From contig JACPHO010000002.1 of assembly GCA_016188545.1 (NCBI GenBank), positions 13-64,012 on the forward strand: a DNA stretch of 64,000 bases. Reading direction: 5' to 3'. Under the pieces are notes generated by a model that searched no databases, had not been told where the DNA came from, and saw only the letters and a list, made by a program, of their open reading frames with translations. Position numbers and translations under genes: made by a program. Positions 38,097 through 47,336 of the stretch are shown in pieces. The number at the start of each line of letters is the position of its first letter. Position 1 is the stretch's first letter. Source of the stretch: Candidatus Shapirobacteria bacterium. GTDB lineage: Bacteria > Patescibacteriota > Microgenomatia > UBA12405.

Positions 38097-39381
38097 ATGA
38101 AATCGACTGGAAACTGGATTCTCTGGGTAATAATACTGATAACACTGGGAATGTTTGTAAGTTCCAAAGCAGACATGACTGAAGTTATGGCTACACCATG
38201 GCTAAGTGCATCTCAAGCATTAGCCTTGGTGGGCACTGCTTTATTGTCAATGAGTTTTGTACTTAGTAGCCGGGCGAGATTCTTAGAAAGCCTTTTTGGA
38301 GGAATGGATAAAGTAATGAAGGTACATCATATAGTAGGTGGCATATCTTTTTTGTTGATTATTAACCACCCACTTTTTTTGGCAATAGATGCGATACCAA
38401 ATTTTCAAATAGCGACTAGGTATTTTTGGTTATCAACCAATTTGAGTTATAGCTTGGGAGTGGGTGCATTATATACACTTGTTATTACTTTATTGCTGAC
38501 ACTAGTAATAAAATTGCCATATGACTTGTGGCTGAAGACACATGATTTTATGGGGCTTGCCCTGCTTCTAGGAAGTCTGCATGTCTATACAATTAGTAGC
38601 GATGTGTCGAGATATGCACCACTACGAATATGGATGTTCGGATTGTTAGGCGTAGGTTTTTTTTTCATTTATATATAAGGTATTTTTATACTCGAGTTTT
38701 GGTCCTAAATATAAATATTCAGTTAGCTCCATCAGGAGACTGAAAGATGTCTATGAGATTACCCTGTTACCGAAAGACAATAAGGTGAGTTTTCTACCGG
38801 GACAATTTGTTTTTATAAATTTTGAGGCATTAGGACTTGAGGAAAAACACCCGTTTACAATCTCCTCTGCACCAACATTTAAGGAGTTAAGAATCTCGGT
38901 TAAGGCTTTGGGCGACTATACAGTCAAGCTGAATCAACTTAAAGATGGAATGATCGCTAACGTATGGGGACCTTATGGACGGTTTTATAAAGGAATGAGT
39001 GATGAGACAAAAGACGTTGTAATGATAGCTGGTGGAATTGGAATTACTCCGTTTTTGAGCATGCTGAATAATGAGTTAACCAAGAACTTAAAAAGAAAGA
39101 TTTGGTTGTATTATGGCGCTAGTTCAACCGAAGATGCGGTATATGATACCGAAATCTCGGCAATTGAAGAAAAATTAACAAACTTAAATTACTTTAGACA
39201 TTTTGGAGGGATAAAACCGAGAGTAAGTGTGAATGTGCTAAAAGAGAAATTGGGTGAACTTTCAAATAAGCTATTTTATATTTGTGGGCCGACTATTATG
39301 ATGGAAAATTTGAGTGAACAACTAATAAAAAATGGTGTCAAAAGAAAAAATATTATTATGGAAGATTTTGCGTTCAAATGA
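38097..39381 (+). pseudogene. ferric-reductase/NOX-like gene (paralogue of 19801..21102) interrupted by a +1 frameshift at a T9 tract
   Basis: The TM domain ORF (38097..38678) and the FNR domain (HPFTISSAP, GGIGITPF; 38785..39381) are both collinear with the 19801 protein. The frame switches at the ttttttttt tract at 38657-38665. The intervening translation aligns in the second frame back to 38656. Confidence 0.6.
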
Positions 39382-39863
39382 AAATAATTAAAACAATATT
39401 TCTAATATCACTTTTTAACTTTTTGGTAGTGGGGTCTATTGTGATGGCGATGCAAAATAAAGAAGCAAAGATACCAATAGCCGTGGGAGCAATTTCCACA
39501 ATAGAACCAGATATACCAACTGTAACACCAACTATTAAACCAAAGAATAAAATTGTTCCGGCAGTAAAAAATAAAACAGTCGATCCATTTGCAATTATTT
39601 TTAGCCAGAAAGATGCGCCAGCGCCCAAAGCTACCTCAAAGCCATCACAAAATAACCAACCCGTAAATACACAAGCGCCACCACAACCAGTAGCTGACAA
39701 TAGGTGCATTATTGCAATTGATGGAGTTAGATATGATGTTAGTGTGTTTAGAAACCAACACTCTGGTGGTGATATTTTTTCTTGTGGGACTGATATGTCA
39801 GCCATTTTTCATGGACAACATCCCAACTCTTTCTTGCAGAGAATGGCGCAATATAAAATTTAG
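39378..39863 (+). CDS. secreted/anchored cytochrome b5-like heme-binding domain protein
   Basis: RCIIAIDGVRYDVSVFRNQHSGGDIFSCGTDMSAIFHGQH fits the cyt b5 pattern (HPGG-like HSGG, with a second His). Confidence 0.5.
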   Translation: MKIIKTIFLISLFNFLVVGSIVMAMQNKEAKIPIAVGAISTIEPDIPTVTPTIKPKNKIVPAVKNKTVDPFAIIFSQKDAPAPKATSKPSQNNQPVNTQAPPQPVADNRCIIAIDGVRYDVSVFRNQHSGGDIFSCGTDMSAIFHGQHPNSFLQRMAQYKI

Positions 39864-39910
39864 ATAAAGAGCTACAACAGTGGTTTTGTTTAATTGTAAT
39901 AAAATACAGT

Positions 39911-40585
39911 ATGAGAATTTTAGTGGTGGAAGATGATGAAATCCTGTTAAAAAACATCTCGATAATTTTGAAACGTGCCAGTTATGCGGTCGACACGGCC
40001 AAAGATGTTGACGAAGCCAGTAATAAGTTGGCTTCGATGGAATATGATCTGGTGCTAATGGACTGGAAACTACCTGATGGTAATGGAATTGATCTATGTA
40101 AAGAAACTCGAAAAAATAACCCTGAAGTAAAAATAATAATGCTGACCGCCAATAGCCAGGTTGAAGATAAAATTGAAGGACTGGATGCTGGAGCAGATGA
40201 TTATATTACCAAGCCGTTTGAAATGGATGAACTTTTGGCCCGAATTAGATCGGCTTTAAGAAGGAGTGGATTGTCAACTTTGAAAATGATAATAATTGAT
40301 GACTTACAGATTGATACAGCTCTGAGAATAGTTAAACGAGGTGGTAAGGAAATAGCTTTATCGACTAAAGAATATGCCTTACTGGAATACTTAGCTTTAA
40401 ATGAGGGAATGGCTGTTTCAAGAGTTGATCTGCTATCGCACGTGTGGGACGAAAATGCGAATATTTTTTCTAATACAGTAGATGTACATATACGTTATCT
40501 AAGGAATAAAATAGACAAGGGAAGAATAACAAAACTTATTAGAACAATTAAAGGAAAAGGCTATGCAATTGCGAGGGTCGATTAA
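39911..40585 (+). CDS. OmpR-family response regulator
   Basis: Receiver domain (DD...D54 in MDWKLPDGNG...K) plus a C-terminal winged-helix domain. Confidence 0.85.
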   Translation: MRILVVEDDEILLKNISIILKRASYAVDTAKDVDEASNKLASMEYDLVLMDWKLPDGNGIDLCKETRKNNPEVKIIMLTANSQVEDKIEGLDAGADDYITKPFEMDELLARIRSALRRSGLSTLKMIIIDDLQIDTALRIVKRGGKEIALSTKEYALLEYLALNEGMAVSRVDLLSHVWDENANIFSNTVDVHIRYLRNKIDKGRITKLIRTIKGKGYAIARVD

Positions 40586-41954
40586 AACTAGAGCCTGGGT
40601 GTACATCCTATCTTATTTGGGGGCGACCCTACTGGTGTCATTAACCTTTTTGGCGGGTAGTTATTTCTGGTTTGCCACTAAAGGAATGAGAAATGATTTG
40701 GATAGTGTGGCGACAGAGATGGTAACTAATAGACTTACTTTTGAGAATAATAATATTAAATTTAAACTAGATAGCGAAGGCAGGACTCTGAGTGGATATC
40801 TTAGGGATGAAAACATGTCAGCAGAGATTATCGACGCGACAGACACAGTTATTGCTGAATATGGTGTTTTTCAAAACGAAGGAGAGTTGGTAAATTATGA
40901 GAGAGATAATCAGAATGAAATATATTCTGAATTGGTGACTAAAGGTGGCGAAAAGTACATGACTTTGACAACTCCGATTCTTTATCAAGGAAATAAGGTC
41001 GGAAGACTAGTATTGGCGATACCAATGTTGATATTGGGACACTTTGGTCAGATTAGCTTATGGATATTATTGGCAGTATTGGTTTTAAGCATGGTTTTAA
41101 GCTGGCCATTATCCCACGAACTAGTAAAAGTAGTATTTAGATCTGTAGATGAATTGGTGAGTGCCATGGAAAAGGTAGAAATTGAAAATCTGAGTGACAA
41201 GATCGAGTACTACGGTAATCAAAATGATGAGGTGGGAGTGTTGGTTAAAACTTACAACAAGCTATTAGACCGACTTGCCGAGGGAGTAGGTAAACAAAAA
41301 TCTTTTATATCAAACGCATCACATGAACTAAAAACTCCTTTGGCACGAATGGTGTCGACCTTGGAAGTGATGAGAATGGATATAAAAGATAAAGAGCAAA
41401 TTAAAAAGATAGAAGAAGTTAGAAATGAGTTGATGCAAATGTCGATAAAGGTTGAGGGACTTCTACTTTTGTCAAAGTATGATCAGGTCGGGAAAAACAT
41501 TAAAAAAGAAAAATTTTCAGCTGAGGAAGTGGTGACTGAGTTAATAAAAAAACATAAAGATGAAATTACTAAGATGAATTTGAAGGTTGAAAACACAGTG
41601 GAATGTGACGGTAAAGTTTATGGAGATAAAATGGGATTTGAGGTAGTAATGTCGAATCTATTGTCAAATGCGATTAAATATAACCGAAATAATGGGACGA
41701 TAAAAATATCGATATTAAAAACAGACGGTACACTGAAGATACAAGTGGCCGATGAAGGAAAAGGTATTGAGAGTAATTACTTTGAAAAAATATTTGAAAG
41801 GTTTTCAAGAGGTGAAAAAAATGAGACGGCTGTTGACGGTTTTGGGGTAGGAATGTCACTGGTTAAACAAATTTGTGATCGAAATAATTGGAGAATAAAA
41901 TACTACCGTGAAGTCACCACGGGAACAAAGGTAGAATTGGCAATTGAAGTATGA
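40563..41954 (+). CDS. sensor histidine kinase
   Basis: Two TM segments flanking an extracytoplasmic domain. H-box SHELKTPL. N box NAIKYN. G boxes DEGKGI and GFGVGMSL. Confidence 0.8.
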   Translation: MQLRGSIKTRAWVYILSYLGATLLVSLTFLAGSYFWFATKGMRNDLDSVATEMVTNRLTFENNNIKFKLDSEGRTLSGYLRDENMSAEIIDATDTVIAEYGVFQNEGELVNYERDNQNEIYSELVTKGGEKYMTLTTPILYQGNKVGRLVLAIPMLILGHFGQISLWILLAVLVLSMVLSWPLSHELVKVVFRSVDELVSAMEKVEIENLSDKIEYYGNQNDEVGVLVKTYNKLLDRLAEGVGKQKSFISNASHELKTPLARMVSTLEVMRMDIKDKEQIKKIEEVRNELMQMSIKVEGLLLLSKYDQVGKNIKKEKFSAEEVVTELIKKHKDEITKMNLKVENTVECDGKVYGDKMGFEVVMSNLLSNAIKYNRNNGTIKISILKTDGTLKIQVADEGKGIESNYFEKIFERFSRGEKNETAVDGFGVGMSLVKQICDRNNWRIKYYREVTTGTKVELAIEV

Positions 41955-42005
41955 TTAAATTGATCAAAGGAGACCGCAAAAATTATTAACATTTGGCGGT
42001 AGAGA

Positions 42006-42174
42006 TATGACACACGGAGGATGCTGTGATTGTTTTGTTTGTAAGATAGGTAAATTTTTGGGATTAGTCGAACCTTGTGGTGACAACTGCTGTAAAACTG
42101 AAAAACCAAAAGCAAAGAAGGCAACAAAGAAAAAGAACCTGAAGAAAAAAACGGTCACTAAAAAGAAAAAATAA
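42006..42174 (+). CDS. small Cys-rich, Lys-tailed protein (56 aa)
   Basis: MTHGGCCDCFVCKIGKFLGLVEPCGDNCCKTEKPKAKKATKKK... Below the ORF-track threshold. Eight Cys in 30 residues. Confidence 0.3.
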
Positions 42175-42432
42175 CTATATTTTTCGCTCGACTTTAATAG
42201 TACATTCAGTTAGTAGCGCGGCAAGGGCACCGATAGCAGCCAATGGCGGGGCCAATACTGTTCCAACAACTCCAATAGTGAGTGGTAAGATCAGAATAGT
42301 CTTTCCGGTTTTGTCTTCTATAGAGATCTGACGGATGTTACCTTCGTGAATAATTTGCTTAACTTTTTTTAAAAGATCCTCGCCACTAACTTTGAAAGTT
42401 TCGGTTTTTGGTTTTTTTATCTTGGTGGCCAT
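42175..42432 (-). CDS. DUF4342 domain protein
   Basis: FKVSGEDLLKKVKQIIHEGNIRQISIEDKTGKTILILPLTIGVVG matches DUF4342. Confidence 0.55.
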   Translation of the reverse strand: MATKIKKPKTETFKVSGEDLLKKVKQIIHEGNIRQISIEDKTGKTILILPLTIGVVGTVLAPPLAAIGALAALLTECTIKVERKI

Positions 42433-42705
42433 GACTGATTATACTGGAGAGGACGTGTAACAGATATATATTATTAGTCGATTATGATACATTTGTGCGG
42501 AGAATACGGAAATTATTTGATAATAATTTATACATTTTGTCATATTGACTTCGGGTATTATTTGGGTATAAATCAAGTGTGAACATTATTACTCAATGGA
42601 AAACATGGGTGGTGGTAGGAGTGCTGGGGATGGACTGGTTGGTGTGGAAAGATATCGTCGCTACAATCAGTAAAATGGCGGGGAACTGATTGTATAATGA
42701 AGTGA

Positions 42706-44640
42706 ATGAATATTAGAAGGATATTGTTGTCGACTCTTGCAATAGTAAGTTTTTTATACATCGGGACGAAGGATTTGTGGGCGGCTAACAGCAAATCTTT
42801 TAAAATTACCTCGGCAAATATTGAGGCCATACTAGATATTGACGGATCCATGGAAGTAAGAGAATCAAGGCAATATAGCTTCAACGGGAGCTACACATTT
42901 GCTTATCAATATATAAATAAACGAGGTGGGAAGGGAATAGAAAACAGGAGAAGCGAAGACTATGAGTTAGATAACTTTTCACTATGCGAGGCAACAACTT
43001 GTTATCGCGGACTCCAGCAGGAGGAAATTAGAGCGGCAGATGATAACCGACCTGAAGGAACGTTTTATGTAATCGAAGAGGCTGATAGATACTATGTTAA
43101 GTGGTTTTACCGGAGTAATAGTGGGGTAAAGAATTTTGAGCTGAGATATCGGGTCGCCAACGCAATTACTCAACAAAAAGATACTGCAGAACTGTATTGG
43201 AAATTGATTGGAGATGGGTGGGAAGTAGCGACGAGTAATATGAATGCGAAAATAAAACTACCTCTAGCGGTCGATGGAAATAAGATTAAGGCTTGGGCAC
43301 ACGGACCAATAGGTGGAGTGGTGTCGATTCCGACAAACAGCCTAGTAACAGCAGCGGTGAATAGATTGCCTACAAAAACATTTTTTGAGATCCGAGTGTT
43401 GATGCCCAAAGAGACTTTTTATAAAGGAGTTAAAGGGACGATAACCACAGGTGAGATAGAGGCACAAGAAAAAAAATACATTGAGGACACAATTGCTGAT
43501 CAGAAAAGGAAAGAGATGGGAGCGCAAGCAGCGGTAGCTGGAGTGGTACTACTGACACTGTGGGCGGTGGTTAGGTTTGTAAGAAGGTTAGGACAATTTT
43601 TGAAAAATGGTTTGGAACTAAAAATGCCTAGAGTGAATCTGGCGGACAGAATTTGGGAACCGCCAAGCAATATTGACCCGGCACAAGTAGAACAGCTACT
43701 AAAAGCGGAAAAGACACTTACTCCGAAATCATTTACGGCGACGATTTTGTCACTAGTGCAACACAGAGTTTACAGGCTAACCAGAAGTGATCAAAAAATA
43801 GGTTTTTTGATATTTAAGAAATATGAATATTATCTGGAAAAACAGGTAAATGAGAAGTATGTACCATCAGGAATTGAACAAAAAACAATTGAATACCTTG
43901 ATAAAGTAGGGACGGGGAAAATTGGACTTTCTGACGTTGTTAAATACGCCAGAACCAGAAGAACAACCAGTTACAACTTCTTTAAATCCTTTGAAAAAAC
44001 GGCGCTAAGAGAGAATCTCGAAGAAGGTTATTTTGACAAGAAAGCTCATTTTTTGGTCAACAATTATGGTGGTGAGGTCGGCAACGGACTGACTTTGTTT
44101 CTAGTATTCATGGCGATACCGTTTACATCTCCGCTGCTAACAAATTCACCATGGTTTTTGATAGCTGAAATAGCATGTGTACCAATAATGGTGGTGATAA
44201 TGGCAATAAGGGGCTACATGAAGAAGTATGGTGAGAAGAGAACTGAGAAAGGGAGTGAAGAGGCAGCAAAATGGATGGCCTTTGAAAAACATATGAGTGA
44301 CTATCGGCAGACCCAAAAGTACCCGATTGATTCGATTGTCCTCTGGGAAAAATATTTGGTATATGGAACAGTGCTGGGAGTATCGATGAAAACGTTGTCA
44401 CAACTACCAGTAAAATTTAGCGCTGAAGACGCCATTTTGGGAACTACTTATTGGGGAGGGGGGCACTTTTCAGGAACCGATGGAGTTTTTGGAGGTGATT
44501 TTGGTTCTTTTTCACAAGCAATGAACTCAATTGCTTCGACTGCGAGTGCCAGTTATGGGGCCAGTGGAACAGGTTCGTCAGGTGGTGCATCGGGTGGAGG
44601 TGGCGGTGGAGGCGGAGGTGGCGGTGGAGGAGCAGGCTAA
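42706..44640 (+). CDS. DUF2207 family membrane protein with a poly-Gly C-terminus
   Basis: Signal peptide, a large extracytoplasmic domain, TM helices, and a C-terminal GGGGGGGGGGGAG tail typical of DUF2207. Confidence 0.6.
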   Translation: MNIRRILLSTLAIVSFLYIGTKDLWAANSKSFKITSANIEAILDIDGSMEVRESRQYSFNGSYTFAYQYINKRGGKGIENRRSEDYELDNFSLCEATTCYRGLQQEEIRAADDNRPEGTFYVIEEADRYYVKWFYRSNSGVKNFELRYRVANAITQQKDTAELYWKLIGDGWEVATSNMNAKIKLPLAVDGNKIKAWAHGPIGGVVSIPTNSLVTAAVNRLPTKTFFEIRVLMPKETFYKGVKGTITTGEIEAQEKKYIEDTIADQKRKEMGAQAAVAGVVLLTLWAVVRFVRRLGQFLKNGLELKMPRVNLADRIWEPPSNIDPAQVEQLLKAEKTLTPKSFTATILSLVQHRVYRLTRSDQKIGFLIFKKYEYYLEKQVNEKYVPSGIEQKTIEYLDKVGTGKIGLSDVVKYARTRRTTSYNFFKSFEKTALRENLEEGYFDKKAHFLVNNYGGEVGNGLTLFLVFMAIPFTSPLLTNSPWFLIAEIACVPIMVVIMAIRGYMKKYGEKRTEKGSEEAAKWMAFEKHMSDYRQTQKYPIDSIVLWEKYLVYGTVLGVSMKTLSQLPVKFSAEDAILGTTYWGGGHFSGTDGVFGGDFGSFSQAMNSIASTASASYGASGTGSSGGASGGGGGGGGGGGGGAG

Positions 44641-44645
44641 AAAAT

Positions 44646-45005
44646 ATGATTAACCTACTTGATATACACCAGAAAAAGATGGAGGTATTCGAGAAAACGG
44701 GTATAGGAAATTGGTGTGATTGGCTGGAAAAGAGAACATGGATACGGCCAAACCATATTACAGTAGTGAACTTGATGGTGGGGTGGGCGGCAACTATGAG
44801 TTTGTTTAATGACGTCGGTCAGACATCAGGACTAATTATACTAATGATGATGCTGGACGGGTTTGATGGATACTACGCGGTGAGAAATAACTTGAAAACA
44901 AAGATGGGTGAGGTATTGGATCATGGGGGGGGATATATGGCGATAGGAGTGGCAATGTTGTTGAAAAGCTATTGGCACTACGGTGAGTGGTGGATAGAAT
45001 ACTGA
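44646..45005 (+). CDS. small membrane protein, CDP-alcohol phosphatidyltransferase-like fragment (uncertain)
   Basis: DGFDGYYAVR...GEVLD partially fits the D-G-x2-A-R...G-x3-D motif. The ORF is only 119 aa. Confidence 0.3.
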   Translation: MINLLDIHQKKMEVFEKTGIGNWCDWLEKRTWIRPNHITVVNLMVGWAATMSLFNDVGQTSGLIILMMMLDGFDGYYAVRNNLKTKMGEVLDHGGGYMAIGVAMLLKSYWHYGEWWIEY

Positions 45006-45186
45006 TACTTAAAAATGGGTGGCAAGAAATTAAATTCCCGGAACGGGATTTTATCTATTTGTACATTTTTGGCTGGTATTGGGAGGGGTTAATAGTCCAA
45101 TTGATATTACAGCCGATGATTTTGGGGTACTTTTTATATAATCGGATGCGTGGTGCTAGAATTAGTAATTAGTTATTTGAAATAAA

Positions 45187-45735
45187 ATGAACAAAAAGTA
45201 TTTGATACTAGCGGCTACCCTACTAATACTGGGCGGATGTACTAAGCAGGGAGTGGTTTCTAATGTGGTTGATAAAGTTGAACAAAAAAAAGAAGAGGCT
45301 AAGAAATCAATTAAGGACCTAGTGGCGTCCGGAGTAAGTCAAAAGTGTTCTTGGAAGTCGGATGTTGATGGTACAACATCAGAAGGACAAATGTGGATAT
45401 CTGGCAAGAAGTTTAAACAAGAAATAACCACAGAATTGGCAGAAACAAATGTTGAAACTAAAGCTACAGTAGTATCCGATGGTAGCTACACATATATGTG
45501 GAACAGCGAAATGGGTAAGAAGGGAATTAAGATGGCCATAAAGGATGATGAAACTCAGGACTATAGTGCTGAAAACGGGAAGGTTGATTGGAACAAAGAG
45601 TTCCAATTTGAATGTAACCCGAGTACAGTCAGCGACAGTGAGTTGGCACCTCCCACCGATGTTGATTTCCAAGACCTGGGGGTGCAACTGGAACAACTCC
45701 AGCAACTACAGGAGAAATACGGGCAAGGCGAGTAA
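45187..45735 (+). CDS. lipoprotein, hypothetical
   Basis: Lipobox LILGGC at the N-terminus. Confidence 0.45.
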   Translation: MNKKYLILAATLLILGGCTKQGVVSNVVDKVEQKKEEAKKSIKDLVASGVSQKCSWKSDVDGTTSEGQMWISGKKFKQEITTELAETNVETKATVVSDGSYTYMWNSEMGKKGIKMAIKDDETQDYSAENGKVDWNKEFQFECNPSTVSDSELAPPTDVDFQDLGVQLEQLQQLQEKYGQGE

Positions 45736-45741
45736 TAAATA

Positions 45742-46320
45742 ATGGACGTTACTAACAGACAGGAAAAGTTGGATAGAGTTATCGGGCAAAGGCGTGAGGG
45801 GGTGATGGTGTTGCAAGATATTCATGACCCACATAATGCGGCTGCTGTGTGGAGGAGCATTGACGCTTTTGGGTGGCAAAAAGTATATTTGATTTTTGAA
45901 CAAGAAGAAGTGTTTAATCCTAAAAAAATGGGACGAGAGTCGTCGGCTTCGGCTAATAAATGGTTGGATTTTAAGGTGTTTAAGTCGACCAGAGAATGCA
46001 TAGAGGAATTACATCGTGAAGGATATGGCCTATGGGCGACAGTGCTTGATAGGGAGGCTAGTGAAATTTATGAGTCAAAATTTGAGGATAAAAAAATTGC
46101 GATAATGTTGGGAAATGAGCATCGGGGGTTAACAGAAGAAGCGGTGAAACTAGCTGATAGGAAGGTGTACATACCAATGAGAGGAATGGTTCAGAGCCTT
46201 AATTTATCGGTAAGTGCAGCGATATGCTTATATGAAGTTGAGAGACAAAGAGAAGAAAGTGACGGGGAGTTTGGACTAAGCGATGTGGAAAAAATAGATC
46301 TGGAAAAAAGGTGGAGATAA
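45742..46320 (+). CDS. SpoU/TrmH-family RNA 2'-O-methyltransferase
   Basis: VLQDIHDPHNAAAVWRSIDAFG..., LGNEHRGL, and SLNLSVSAAICLYE are the SPOUT motifs. Confidence 0.75.
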   Translation: MDVTNRQEKLDRVIGQRREGVMVLQDIHDPHNAAAVWRSIDAFGWQKVYLIFEQEEVFNPKKMGRESSASANKWLDFKVFKSTRECIEELHREGYGLWATVLDREASEIYESKFEDKKIAIMLGNEHRGLTEEAVKLADRKVYIPMRGMVQSLNLSVSAAICLYEVERQREESDGEFGLSDVEKIDLEKRWR

Positions 46321-46321
46321 T

Positions 46322-46948
46322 TCACTTGGCTTTTGAGATGGGGGAGAAGGAAAACCGATGAATGGGACATGGTCCATATTTTTTGATCGCTTCAAGGTGG
46401 GTTTTGGTGCCATAGCCTTTGTGGGCAGAAAAACCATAGTCTGGAAAATCTTTGTCGCACTGATCCATTTGTTGATCCCGGTCGACTTTGGCGACAATAG
46501 AGGCACTGGCAATGCTAAAACATTTTTGGTCACCTTTAATTATTGATTGCGTGTTAATAAGTTTATTAACATTATAGTTGCCATCAATAAGGCAATAATC
46601 AAAATTAGTACGATAGAACTTTAGAGCTTTGGTAATTAAAGAATAGATACAAATAGCTATCCCCTGTTTGTCTATTTCGACTGAGGTAGAAGAAAAAGTT
46701 GTAAATCGGTGACCTGAATTAAGAAAATGTTCGTGGATTTTTTGGCGTTTTTGAGCAGAAAGTAATTTGGAATCACGAACCCCAAGATTGATGAATTCCT
46801 GAGGATCAAATGTATGAAGATCAAGCAGAAAGGCACCGATGGTTACCGATCCAGCAAAAGGTCCCCTACCAACCTCATCGATACCTAGCAGATAGCGACA
46901 GTCAGATGGAAGTTGTGATTTTTCAAACTTAAAATCAGGAAGATTCAC
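46322..46948 (-). CDS. rnhB: ribonuclease HII
   Basis: LLGIDEVGRGPFAGSVTIGA and downstream RNase HII catalytic motifs. Confidence 0.85.
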   Translation of the reverse strand: MNLPDFKFEKSQLPSDCRYLLGIDEVGRGPFAGSVTIGAFLLDLHTFDPQEFINLGVRDSKLLSAQKRQKIHEHFLNSGHRFTTFSSTSVEIDKQGIAICIYSLITKALKFYRTNFDYCLIDGNYNVNKLINTQSIIKGDQKCFSIASASIVAKVDRDQQMDQCDKDFPDYGFSAHKGYGTKTHLEAIKKYGPCPIHRFSFSPISKAK

Positions 46949-47004
46949 GAGTAGAATTAATTAGTTATTAATTCAAATTATATATGGCGGTTACTAAGAC
47001 TGGA

Positions 47005-47037
47005 GCCCGCCGTCGCCATGCTACGGCGGGTAAATCG
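47005..47037. repeat. CCCGCC...GGCGGG hairpin repeat with a gtaaatcgg tail
   Basis: cccgccgtcgccatgctacggcgggtaaatcgg. Related to the elements at 10664-10730, 56886-56927 and 60836-60896. Confidence 0.6.
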
Positions 47038-47089
47038 GTGGTGGAACACTAGTTTGCTGTGGAAAAGAGATGGTACTTAAGGCAGAATA

Positions 47090-47138
47090 GTTGTTTCGCC
47101 CGAAGGCTCATCAGGTCCGATAGATTTCGGACTACAAC
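47090..47138 (-). ncRNA. hammerhead ribozyme, type III (stems I and II closed, stem III open)
   Basis: Minus strand reads GUUGUA|GUCCGA-aaucua-UCGGAC-CUGAUGA-GCC-uucg-GGC-GAAA-CAAC. All core nucleotides are present (CUGAUGA, GAAA, U16.1-A15.1, H17=A). Stem I is 6 bp, stem II 3 bp with a UUCG loop, stem III 5 bp. Confidence 0.65.
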
Positions 47139-47336
47139 ATCTTCTAGGCTCGCGAATGGGGTCAGGCTGCTGCCTGACCCCAGAAGTTTCGCGATACCCA
47201 GAAGGGAATTCAAGGTATATATAAAGCCATACATTTATAACAACTCCGAGTCGGTTTTTTATGTCCACAAGCACTGAGGCTGGACTAGATGGGAGTCGGG
47301 AATGTTCCCCTATGGCGTTGTGGGGAATAGGATAAA

